Positions 19,614-28,625 of a stretch of DNA of 64,000 nt are shown piece after piece. Numbering within the stretch: position 1 is the first letter of the stretch; the number at the start of each line of letters is the position of its first letter. The stretch comes from a virus. Below the pieces are notes generated by a model. The model had not been told where the DNA came from, did no database searches, and saw only the letters and a list, made by a program, of their open reading frames with translations. The stretch lies in the IMG/VR virus record IMGVR_UViG_3300015196_000001. The stretch is one strand, 5' to 3'. The translations under genes and the position numbers were made by a program.

Positions 19614-20021
19614 ATGAGAACATGTAACGGTTATTTAGCGGTAGGGCCTTTTCCCGATAAGGGGATTGAGGCTAAAACTAGTAACGGTTTTGCTACTATC
19701 AAGCAAAAGAATACTTTGACTATGTTACCAATTTTGTTTGGATCGGAGAAGTTTCCAGGAGGTCATGTCTGGGTTTCCTCTTCTGTCCACGTGACGCAAT
19801 TTGCTCGTGAGGTCTATGAGCTAAATGGTCTTAGTTTTATCTTGATTCCAGAGTCAGAGGTACGTATTTTTAATCCCTCTATCGAGTTCGCACCTCTCCA
19901 GCGCGAACTCGTGGGGGTACCCGAGGGAACAAATGCCCGCGCGGTCCCCAAGGCTCTGGTCGGAGGGATTCATCCGGCCTTCACGGTTGGAGGCACGAAG
20001 TTAGGTAACTATGATTACTAA
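19614..20021 (+). CDS. Divergent GroES/cpn10-like co-chaperonin (candidate)
   Basis: MRTCNGYLAVGP..EAKTSNGF..EVYELNGLSFILIPESEVRIF parallels the GroES pattern (RPL.DRV.V..KT.GG..EVKIDGEE.LI..ESDILA). Confidence 0.55.
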   Translation: MRTCNGYLAVGPFPDKGIEAKTSNGFATIKQKNTLTMLPILFGSEKFPGGHVWVSSSVHVTQFAREVYELNGLSFILIPESEVRIFNPSIEFAPLQRELVGVPEGTNARAVPKALVGGIHPAFTVGGTKLGNYDY

Positions 20022-21009
20022 AATCTTGAGGGTTGGGGATCCTCACGTCACTGTAGACGCCCTGTCCGATTGTCAGGCTTTGTTGAACCTAGTCCTAGAG
20101 ACTGCTATCGAGCACAAGGTAAAGAGAATCGACTTTCTAGGCGATCAGTACAATAACCACGCCTTGATGCATATTGAGGTAATGGCTTTTTGGCAACGTA
20201 ACTTCAAGAAGTTACGTCACGCAGGTTTTGAAGTCCTGGCTCTTGTAGGCAACCATGACATGCCTGGAGATGGGTCGTGTAACACGGCAATGATGGCTCA
20301 CCCTAACATTACAGTTATAGACACACCTACTGTACTAGACGGAATCTTGTACGTACCCTACATGGCTTCTGAAAAAGAATTCGTAGAAGCGTGTAAGGTG
20401 GAGTCACAAGTGGTAGTAGCTCACCAGAGCTTCTTTGGGGCAATGTATGAGAATGGTTTTCCATGTGAAGATGGCTTCAACCCCTCCTTGCTCCACCAGG
20501 GGCTAATTATCAGTGGCCATATTCATCGACCTCAGGAACTTGTTGGTACGGCTGTAGACGGTTCATATCAAAAAGTTTGGTACCTTGGGGCTCCGCGCTG
20601 GCGAACAGTATCCGATGCCAATACGGTACGTAATATATGGGTAATGACGCACGACGAAAAAGGTTTCCTGTATGATACGGTTGCGATTCCAACCGGCAAA
20701 GTGTGTTGCCAGATTATTCATCTTGAAGATACACCCGCTGTTCCTTTGATCCTAGACCCAAGCCCGAACACTAGCTACACAGTCGATATTAAAGGGCCCC
20801 TTGCCTTTATTGAACAGCGTAAAGCTTTGTGGAGCGGTATAGGTCGTGTACGTACTTTTAACACCGACACTATAGTCATTAAGGTAAAAGAGAGCGAGGG
20901 CATCTCTGTAGCCTGGGATAAGTACTTGGACGTGTTTAAGGCACCTATGGGAACTCCTGCCTCGGTTTTGAGAAAATTAGCAACAGAGAGGTTACACGTC
21001 AATGCTTGA
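20011..21009 (+). CDS. sbcD: SbcD/Mre11/gp47-like nuclease
   Basis: VGDPH, LGDQY, GNHD, AHQ, SGHIH, LGAP motifs. Confidence 0.88.
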   Translation: MITKILRVGDPHVTVDALSDCQALLNLVLETAIEHKVKRIDFLGDQYNNHALMHIEVMAFWQRNFKKLRHAGFEVLALVGNHDMPGDGSCNTAMMAHPNITVIDTPTVLDGILYVPYMASEKEFVEACKVESQVVVAHQSFFGAMYENGFPCEDGFNPSLLHQGLIISGHIHRPQELVGTAVDGSYQKVWYLGAPRWRTVSDANTVRNIWVMTHDEKGFLYDTVAIPTGKVCCQIIHLEDTPAVPLILDPSPNTSYTVDIKGPLAFIEQRKALWSGIGRVRTFNTDTIVIKVKESEGISVAWDKYLDVFKAPMGTPASVLRKLATERLHVNA

Positions 21010-21451
21010 AAAAGACGCATGGGAGCAGCTGATCGCGCTCAGGGACCTCTCCAACAAGACACAGACACTACATGAAGCTCAGGTGCTTCAGCTGCGCCTA
21101 TGGCCCATCCTGGCTCTTCCACAGGCAAAAGAGACAGCCGGGCAGGTTGACCTAAATTGGTTGTCTAGCTCAATCCAGTTTTCAATGTTTAAGAAAAGGG
21201 GGCTACGTGCCCCCAAGAATCAACAGGACCGACTCAAAAAACTCGATGAAGCAGTTAAAGAGCTTTTAGGTAGCTGGTGGACTGTCCAGGTACTTTTGGA
21301 TAAAAAGGTGATATACAATGGAAAAGCTACCGGAACCCAGCACTCTAACCTTGCAGCCGCACTTAGACTTAAAACAAGAGCTAATAAGGACCTCCTTAAA
21401 TCCCAAGGAGAGAGCAGCCTATTGGACAGCAGTCCGAAACAATCCGCTTAG
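21002..21451 (+). CDS. Hypothetical protein
   Basis: 149 aa ORF in the operon. Confidence 0.6.
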   Translation: MLEKDAWEQLIALRDLSNKTQTLHEAQVLQLRLWPILALPQAKETAGQVDLNWLSSSIQFSMFKKRGLRAPKNQQDRLKKLDEAVKELLGSWWTVQVLLDKKVIYNGKATGTQHSNLAAALRLKTRANKDLLKSQGESSLLDSSPKQSA

Positions 21452-21962
21452 TCCCGCTCGCCAAGCACAATTATTTGAGTTGTTCCTAAACGGGAAGTCA
21501 GCCGAAGAAATTGCCAACCTTAACAAGATGCCGCTTGGTGAGGTTGTACGTGCACGTATTGATTTTGAGTGGGATAATAAAAAGAATGAGCACGTAGCTT
21601 TCCTTATGGGAAGCGTCCGCGATCGGGTACGTCAGACACAGTTGGAGACAATCATTTTTTCTTCCGACCTCCTTGCGGCTGCCCATAAGTTACACGGCGA
21701 ACGCATCCGTAAATTTCTCCAGTCAGGTGACGAGTCAGAACTAGGCGACCTAAAGATTACTAGCCTCAAGGCCTACAAAGATACTGTCGAGCTATTTATG
21801 AAGCTTACTGGTCAGGATAAAGATGCAACTGCTACTCAAGTCGTAATCAATGGCGATCCCAAGACAATTACAGTCACAGAAATAGAGACAAAGAACGCCA
21901 TCTGGACACAAGATCAGGCAGCTGAAGTGCTCAAGTTGATTTCAGTCAAGGAGAAAAAATAA
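21318..21962 (+). CDS. Putative terminase small subunit (HTH protein)
   Basis: HTH-like KSAEEIANLNKMPLGEVVRAR, helical body, upstream of terL. Confidence 0.5.
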   Translation: MEKLPEPSTLTLQPHLDLKQELIRTSLNPKERAAYWTAVRNNPLSPARQAQLFELFLNGKSAEEIANLNKMPLGEVVRARIDFEWDNKKNEHVAFLMGSVRDRVRQTQLETIIFSSDLLAAAHKLHGERIRKFLQSGDESELGDLKITSLKAYKDTVELFMKLTGQDKDATATQVVINGDPKTITVTEIETKNAIWTQDQAAEVLKLISVKEKK

Positions 21963-22258
21963 TGGTAAAGACTACTATGGAAGCGTTTTCCACGAAGGCG
22001 ATCGGGCAAGATGGCGAGTCATGCGACGATGACTCAGCTAAGCCTTATGCTTGTTACGCCAAGTTTCAGATGTACGATCCAGCCGACTGTGTTGGTTCAT
22101 TAGAATTCTATCAGATATCTGCTGGTCAAATGGAGTATACCAACGAGCAGGGAACTGTAGTCGCCTCTAAGCCTGCCATTCACGCTACCTTCTGTCAAGC
22201 TCATTCGGACATTGGCAAAGAAAAGCTAAGGGCAGTTTACAAGTCTGTTGGCTGGTAA
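21962..22258 (+). CDS. Hypothetical protein
   Basis: 98 aa ORF coupled between the terS candidate and terL. Confidence 0.6.
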   Translation: MVKTTMEAFSTKAIGQDGESCDDDSAKPYACYAKFQMYDPADCVGSLEFYQISAGQMEYTNEQGTVVASKPAIHATFCQAHSDIGKEKLRAVYKSVGW

Positions 22259-24200
22259 TGATATGAGTAAGTTGCTACCCACCATCGAAGAGCTTAAGCG
22301 TAAGGCACTGTTTGTTCCATGCAAGGATCAGGACAGCCTACACCGCTGGGTAAACGTGTATCTTGGTGTCGATATACCTGACGGTATTGTTGATCCAGAC
22401 AGCACCGCCAGTCCTATGAGCGCAATGTGGGAGCTTTATTCCGCTCTACTCAAAGGGGATCGACCTGAATTCACCAGAGTGCTCACCTACGCTTCCCGTG
22501 ACTCGTTTAAGACGCTTGGTGCATCTATCCTAGAGATTCTATCCGTCTTCCATTGTCGTCGCTCGGTGGGTCACATGGCTGCCATTAAATCGCAGTCTCA
22601 AATCTGTCAGCGTTATGTCAAAAATTTCCTCAATAAACCATTCCTTCGTGACTTTGTTTCCAAGAAGAATGAAACAGAGGTAGAGCTTCTATGGTTTGAC
22701 GCACCTGACGGTTCTATCCTTAATCAGGTTGAATACGCCGTATTGGCACCTGACGCCAAAGATCGGCACGTAGAGATCAATCTGTACATCAAGATCGTGG
22801 TAGCAACCCTTCAGGGGGCGAACGGCCTCCACGCCCCCTTCTTCGTACTGGACGAAATAGATATTGTTGAGGACAAGCTGGCATACGAAGAAGCAAAGGC
22901 GATCCCCTGTGCCATCAACGGGATGCCACCAATTACCCTTCTTACCTCCACCCGTAAGTTTTCATTCGGATTAGTACAGAAAGAGATTGACGCTGCGTAC
23001 AATGACCCCAATACGGGCTCTCCATCACTACACATTAGGCATTGGAACATTATAGATGTAACGAGCCGATGCCCCACCACTCGTCACCTCCCTGAAGAAC
23101 CGAATATCCCCATTTTCGTAAATGACGATACGTTAAAAGCTATTGATAAACCAAACTACGATTTACTTGATCCACAGTCTAAGTCTGAGTTTATCCAAAC
23201 CGAAGGGTTTGCTGGCTGCCTAAAGAATTGCACCATTTTCGCAGCCTGCCGGGGTCGCCTACCTAATCAGACTAGCACAAGTAAATTGCTCAAGCCGCTT
23301 GCCGACGTTGTATCTAAATTCAAGAGTATGTCGGCCCAGATGGCGAATGCACAGCTTCTCTGTCGTAAGGCTTCACAAGAAGGCCTTGTGTTCCCTAACT
23401 TCAACGCAGCTATCCATATGCTCACCGCCTATCAGATGGCTCGTAGGATCCTAGGGCCAGATGAACACATCCCAGAGACACTAGATAAACCGGGTCTTCT
23501 CCAGTTGATGAAGGGACGACAAGTATCGTTCCATTCTGGTATGGATTTTGGTTACACGCATAATTTTGCTGTAGATACTGGAGCGCTTGACGGACAAAAC
23601 TTTTACGTCTTCGATGTCATCTCAATGGCAGAATTAGAACTAGAACAAAAAGTAGCAGTTTGTGATGCACGCATCAAGCATCTAAATGGAACGGTTTACC
23701 CCGATCCAGAAGCCGCCGCAGACATTGCCACTTTTCGTCGTAAAGGGTATAGAGTAAAGACTGTAAATAAATATGCGGGAAGCGTGGTGGCGGGTATTGA
23801 GATTATTCGTCGCAAGTTGATGCCATCCGCTGGTAACCCCTCCCTGTTCTTTCTAAGGGGTGATGACGGTTGTGAATTGCTGGCAAAACGTTTTGGTGCA
23901 TACCACTGGAAAATAGATGCAGCCGGTAAGCCTACCGATATTCCCGACGAAGATGACGATGATGAATTGGATGCATTGCGTTATGTGATGCTTAGTCTAT
24001 TTGACCTAAAGGGTAGACTGACAACGGCACCAGACAAGGTGCTCACCCAAACACTAGCTCCTTCCTCGCGATCCCCAACTCAGCAAGATTGGATGAAGAA
24101 ACAGATTGATTTACTCACCGGTCAAACGGAGGTATCCGACGATCTTTCACCCCCAGGTGGAATGGTTAAGACCGGCTCCATGGTTTTTGACTTCAGTTAA
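22248..24200 (+). CDS. terL: Terminase large subunit
   Basis: Walker A ASRDSFKT, Walker B VLDEID, LTST coupling motif, nuclease GMDFG and DDDELDALRY. Confidence 0.88.
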   Translation: MAGNDMSKLLPTIEELKRKALFVPCKDQDSLHRWVNVYLGVDIPDGIVDPDSTASPMSAMWELYSALLKGDRPEFTRVLTYASRDSFKTLGASILEILSVFHCRRSVGHMAAIKSQSQICQRYVKNFLNKPFLRDFVSKKNETEVELLWFDAPDGSILNQVEYAVLAPDAKDRHVEINLYIKIVVATLQGANGLHAPFFVLDEIDIVEDKLAYEEAKAIPCAINGMPPITLLTSTRKFSFGLVQKEIDAAYNDPNTGSPSLHIRHWNIIDVTSRCPTTRHLPEEPNIPIFVNDDTLKAIDKPNYDLLDPQSKSEFIQTEGFAGCLKNCTIFAACRGRLPNQTSTSKLLKPLADVVSKFKSMSAQMANAQLLCRKASQEGLVFPNFNAAIHMLTAYQMARRILGPDEHIPETLDKPGLLQLMKGRQVSFHSGMDFGYTHNFAVDTGALDGQNFYVFDVISMAELELEQKVAVCDARIKHLNGTVYPDPEAAADIATFRRKGYRVKTVNKYAGSVVAGIEIIRRKLMPSAGNPSLFFLRGDDGCELLAKRFGAYHWKIDAAGKPTDIPDEDDDDELDALRYVMLSLFDLKGRLTTAPDKVLTQTLAPSSRSPTQQDWMKKQIDLLTGQTEVSDDLSPPGGMVKTGSMVFDFS

Positions 24201-24239
24201 ACACAATCTTCTCATCAGACCCTTACCTAAGGCCTTCCA

Positions 24240-25235
24240 ATGATCGGTATCCTCAATCTTTTGTCTTCAGCGGTCGCATACGGCGATTCGGTTGCTACTA
24301 GTGCGCCGAAGAGACGCTTCTTTGACTGGTCGCGTAACTTTCAGGGCATTGTAGTCAATAACCCAAAGTCGGAGCAGTACACGATAGACCCGTCAAGTAC
24401 ACTAAGTATCTTTAACGGCTCAAGGACTTTGACTAGTGATGGCACCACGGCCTTCGCGGTCACCCAGAGCCCCCTAGACCCCTCTATTTATCGTTTTACG
24501 GTCACGGCTGGCACTTCTCCTGGGTTTAGGACCGATCGTGCTCTCAACGTGGCGGGGGCCGTTTCTTTGACCTTCGCGGTCAACAGCAATGGTTCTGTCA
24601 GCGTGACTGCCTCGCCAGAGGTGGTATCTACTATTTTCGCGGCAGTCCAGGTAGGAGATACGGTACTTGTTCCTGGTTTAGTCACAGGTGACGTTACTAG
24701 CCCATTTGACCCGATGAACAGCGGGCAATGGATTGTGCTAGGAGTTGCTACCCGTGTGTTAATGCTCGCGCGCCCTCCAAATCAGATTTTCTCGGGCGCC
24801 AATCAAGTAGCAGCGGTTACTTCCAATATCCAATTCAGCGCCTTCAGCGCCTTTGGCTCACAGATTAACGACAAGGTAGAGATTTCAGCTGGGTTTTCGC
24901 AGTCTACTCAAAGGTCTTATACAATCAACAACATTACTCCTACCTATTTCGAGGTCGTAAGCACCCTGCCTCTCGCCCTTGAAGCAGCTATTTTACCGGG
25001 TGCGGCTGGTTTACAGATATACAAGTTTTCAAAGCGCTTCTTGCGTGTTGAATGTGATCAAGAAGCTGCTGTACAGACTAATGGAGACACAGGTCAGCTA
25101 CATCGTATCTCGCCTCTTGTGGCGGGCGACCCTGAGAGTATGGGGTGGATGGAACAGTGGGGACCTGCTTGGAGCTTGAGTGTGGTTAACCGTTCCGCTG
25201 CACCTATGTCCGTCTCCATTATGAGTGCGGAGTAA
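24240..25235 (+). CDS. Putative virion structural protein (beta-rich)
   Basis: 331 aa, S/T/V/G-rich, directly upstream of portal, preceded by CAATCTT. Confidence 0.55.
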   Translation: MIGILNLLSSAVAYGDSVATSAPKRRFFDWSRNFQGIVVNNPKSEQYTIDPSSTLSIFNGSRTLTSDGTTAFAVTQSPLDPSIYRFTVTAGTSPGFRTDRALNVAGAVSLTFAVNSNGSVSVTASPEVVSTIFAAVQVGDTVLVPGLVTGDVTSPFDPMNSGQWIVLGVATRVLMLARPPNQIFSGANQVAAVTSNIQFSAFSAFGSQINDKVEISAGFSQSTQRSYTINNITPTYFEVVSTLPLALEAAILPGAAGLQIYKFSKRFLRVECDQEAAVQTNGDTGQLHRISPLVAGDPESMGWMEQWGPAWSLSVVNRSAAPMSVSIMSAE

Positions 25236-25241
25236 ATTATA

Positions 25242-28200
25242 ATGGCTAAATCACCCCTAAGCCAAGCGCTCTCAAATAAAAGCGCTAGCGCCAAACAGAC
25301 CATTATGATTAGCGTAGCTGATCCTAACAGTACCAATATAGCCAAGTTGACCAAGTCTATTGGTACTGGTGCCGCCGCAGGCGCAGAGAGCCCCTTACTG
25401 AAGAGCATTATGAATGTGCTCAACGGTGATGCACAGGACTCGATTGAGCGTTTGGCCTTTGAACGTGACCCTACTGTCACCAATGAATTCCAGGCGCTGT
25501 TCTATACCAAAACTCGACTCCTACCCGATTCAGTGCTTAAGCGTATCGCAATTCAGGACGACCTAGTAGCCGCTATCGTAGGTGTACGTAGCAATCAGAT
25601 AGCAGCCTTTGGACGCCCTCAACCTGACCGTTTCTCAACCGGTTTCAAGATTGAACCTAAGCCGGGTGTCTTGAATGACAAAGAAAAGAACTATAAAGAT
25701 GAGATCCAGAGTCGTATTGAGAAGGCCCGCGACTGCCTCTCTATGTGTGGACGTGTAGCTGGGTGGGCAGATGCTGACCGCATGACCCTTTCCCAGTTCT
25801 TATACCAGCAAACACGCAATGCAGTTATTGTAGGACGCTTTGCTACGGAAATTATCCATGTAACTGAGGATGGTGAAAAAAAGTTTCACTCTTTCCGCCC
25901 TATCGATGCAGGCACTATCTATAAAGCCACTCCACAAACGAAAGCTGCCGAGCAGGTACGTAAACAGGCTCGTCTGTTACTTGAACAACTGAAGAACGAA
26001 AAATTCATTCCAGACAAGATGGAGCATGGCGAGTATGCCCATGTTCAGGTGATCGAAGGTCGCCCAGTTCAGGCCTTTACTCCAGATGAATGCGTAGTTC
26101 ATAACGTATACCCAGTCACGGACGTGGAACTGTGTGGCTACCCACTTACCCCAATCGACACAATGATTGCGGCAGTTACTACCCACATCAATATCGTTAC
26201 CCATAATAAGCTTTACTTCCAAGCAGGCCGTGCAGCACGTGGCATGCTTATCATCAAGTCAGAAGACGTTAGTCCAGCCATTGTAGCTACTATTCGTCAA
26301 CAGTTTAATGCCTCTATCAATAGCGTAAACAACGCATGGCGTATGCCTGTCTTTGGTATTGGTCCCCAAGATGAGATCACATGGGCTCCTATTGATAATA
26401 GCTCGCGAGACATGGAGTTTCAGTATCTGTCTGATAGCAATGCACGGGTGATTCTGTCAGCATTCCAGATGAGCCCGGAAGAGCTTCCGGGCTACGCTCA
26501 CCTTTCTAGAGGTACCAATAACCAAGCATTGTCAGAGTGTTTTCAAGAGGATAGCATACTTTGGACTGACAATGGCGCGGTGTCAGCGAAGGACCTACTA
26601 GGTAACATCAAAAACGAAGTGCCGGTTCGCGTCTGGACCGGAACGGAATACACAGCTGCTCGCCTATTCCGCACAGGCGATAAAATCCTATGCGAAACTC
26701 GTGCAGGAAACCTAACCCTAAAAACAAGCCCCGACCATCGCTTTCGAGTGTTGACGGATGAGGGGGACCTAGCCTGGAAGCGTCAAGAAAAGTTACGTGT
26801 AGGCGACCTGTTGGTTGTCAATGCAAAACCTGTACCCGGTGATGCCTCTAAAATTCCAATGTTCAGGGGTAAAGTGTTTACCCCTGCCATGATGGAGGTT
26901 CTTGGCTGGTCAATTGGTGACGGTACTTTAATCGAACCGGTAGCAAACGTTCATGGTGGCGGGCTCAAGTTGTTTTACCACCATGACAAGGAACGCGACA
27001 TTTGGGAGAGCCACGCAAAAACATTGACGGACTTTGGGTTTGACGTTAAGCAGCACGAGCGTGTTGTTACGGAAGAAGAAGCAACTAAGCTCAAATCTGA
27101 ATACGGGTTTAAGACTGTCGCCAAAACACGTATTACCAACACCATTTATAGTAATGAGTTTTGTGCTTTTTTGAAAGAGATCGGTTTTTCGTTTAGCTCT
27201 AGGGACAAGTCTATCCCTGCTGTCTTCCATGTGCTACCAATTGAATACCGTAAGGCTTTCTTGAAGGGGCTTTTTTCTGCCGATGGACACGCGACTAAGC
27301 AAGGGGCCATAGTGCTGACCATGCAGGCTGATAGTACTCGGGAACAGGTGGGACAGATGTTGCTCGGGCTGGGAATCAGGACGCTTGCTTGTAATGGGAT
27401 CGTGCGATGTTCTTTTGGAGATAAAGAACTAGAGAAACAGCTGTATGTCAAAGATAAAAACTTGTTCTGGGAACAGATTGGGTTTATTCAATCTCACAAA
27501 CTGGCACGTCGCCGTGACCAAAAATGGAGCTTAGGCGCTGCCCCCACTACCTTAGCCGCTCGCCTACTGGGACCTTTAATTGAGACTACGTTGTTTAAGT
27601 CTTGGGGAAAAAGGACTAGGGATAATATTAAGGGAATTATTCAAGGGAAGCGTACTGTTTCATTTAATAAGCTTCAGGAGTTTTTATCTGAAATTGGACA
27701 AGTTCCTGCGTGGATGTGTGACTATCACGTCGAGCCTGTCACTGAGCTAGTTGCACATGGCTCCGTAGTGCCCATGGTTGATGTTGAGGTATTCGACAAA
27801 GAGCACGCGCAAATTCTTCAAGGATTTCAAGTACATAACAGCAACAATGAATACAAACTTGAGGCCCATCGCGATGTAGGCATAAGGCCACTCATTAGCC
27901 AGTTCCAGGACTTCCTCAACTCACGCATTTTCCCACTTATTGACGAAAACCTAGCAAAACTGTGTGTAATCAAGCTAGTTGGTCTTGACGCGGAAACAGC
28001 CGAGAAGGAGTCAGTACGTCTTCAGCAGGACATGGTTATTCACATGACCTACGACGAGGTACGTGAAAGAGTTGAGAAGGATCCGCTAGGTGAAGAATGG
28101 GCAGGCGACTTACCACTTAACCCTACTATTTGGGAATACATAAACTCCCTCTTTACAGTAGGGGAAATACTGGAAAAATTCTGCGGACGAGAAGGGGCAA

Positions 28201-28622
28201 GCAAGGACCCCTCTCTGGCATACCGTCGAGATCAGTACTGGTTCAGTCAGGTTAATAACCTTATGCAACAACAGCAGATGCAAGCGCAAGCTCAGCAAGC
28301 CCAAGCCCAAGCGGCTCAGGGTGGTCAGCCAAGCCAGGGCCCTGACGGCAAAGGTCAACCTCCTGAAGGCGGTGCGCCTCCCCAGGGCGGTCAAGGGCAA
28401 GCTCAGCCTCCTCAGCAGGAAGAGTCAGACTTGACTCGTGGTCTAGATCAGCTCATGGGATTGCTAACTAAAACAGAGAAACAACTAACTCCCTCTAAGC
28501 GCCGAGTACTTGCACAACAGCGTAAGACTGTTAAATCGACTATGGACAAGTGGCATGAAGAAAGAGATGCCACCCTAAAATCCTTTATGGATACCGTTGA
28601 GCACTTTGTACCAAAGAGCTAA
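25242..28622 (+). CDS. Portal protein containing an intein
   Basis: FRPIDAGTI, MEFQ..ARVILSAFQMSPEEL, GIRPL, EVRE portal-like motifs; between terL and gpF; Q/G/P-rich tail. Confidence 0.88.
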   Translation: MAKSPLSQALSNKSASAKQTIMISVADPNSTNIAKLTKSIGTGAAAGAESPLLKSIMNVLNGDAQDSIERLAFERDPTVTNEFQALFYTKTRLLPDSVLKRIAIQDDLVAAIVGVRSNQIAAFGRPQPDRFSTGFKIEPKPGVLNDKEKNYKDEIQSRIEKARDCLSMCGRVAGWADADRMTLSQFLYQQTRNAVIVGRFATEIIHVTEDGEKKFHSFRPIDAGTIYKATPQTKAAEQVRKQARLLLEQLKNEKFIPDKMEHGEYAHVQVIEGRPVQAFTPDECVVHNVYPVTDVELCGYPLTPIDTMIAAVTTHINIVTHNKLYFQAGRAARGMLIIKSEDVSPAIVATIRQQFNASINSVNNAWRMPVFGIGPQDEITWAPIDNSSRDMEFQYLSDSNARVILSAFQMSPEELPGYAHLSRGTNNQALSECFQEDSILWTDNGAVSAKDLLGNIKNEVPVRVWTGTEYTAARLFRTGDKILCETRAGNLTLKTSPDHRFRVLTDEGDLAWKRQEKLRVGDLLVVNAKPVPGDASKIPMFRGKVFTPAMMEVLGWSIGDGTLIEPVANVHGGGLKLFYHHDKERDIWESHAKTLTDFGFDVKQHERVVTEEEATKLKSEYGFKTVAKTRITNTIYSNEFCAFLKEIGFSFSSRDKSIPAVFHVLPIEYRKAFLKGLFSADGHATKQGAIVLTMQADSTREQVGQMLLGLGIRTLACNGIVRCSFGDKELEKQLYVKDKNLFWEQIGFIQSHKLARRRDQKWSLGAAPTTLAARLLGPLIETTLFKSWGKRTRDNIKGIIQGKRTVSFNKLQEFLSEIGQVPAWMCDYHVEPVTELVAHGSVVPMVDVEVFDKEHAQILQGFQVHNSNNEYKLEAHRDVGIRPLISQFQDFLNSRIFPLIDENLAKLCVIKLVGLDAETAEKESVRLQQDMVIHMTYDEVRERVEKDPLGEEWAGDLPLNPTIWEYINSLFTVGEILEKFCGREGASKDPSLAYRRDQYWFSQVNNLMQQQQMQAQAQQAQAQAAQGGQPSQGPDGKGQPPEGGAPPQGGQGQAQPPQQEESDLTRGLDQLMGLLTKTEKQLTPSKRRVLAQQRKTVKSTMDKWHEERDATLKSFMDTVEHFVPKS
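26538..27839 (+). mobile_element. Intein with LAGLIDADG homing endonuclease (434 aa) in portal
   Basis: Starts CFQEDSILWT, ends FQVHN followed by Ser. LGWSIGDG and LKGLFSADG motifs. Confidence 0.92.
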
Positions 28623-28625
28623 GCA

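Noticed and set aside
28290-28430. Q/G/P-rich stretch as a repeat element
   Set aside because: Low-complexity coding tail of portal; no DNA-level periodic unit.
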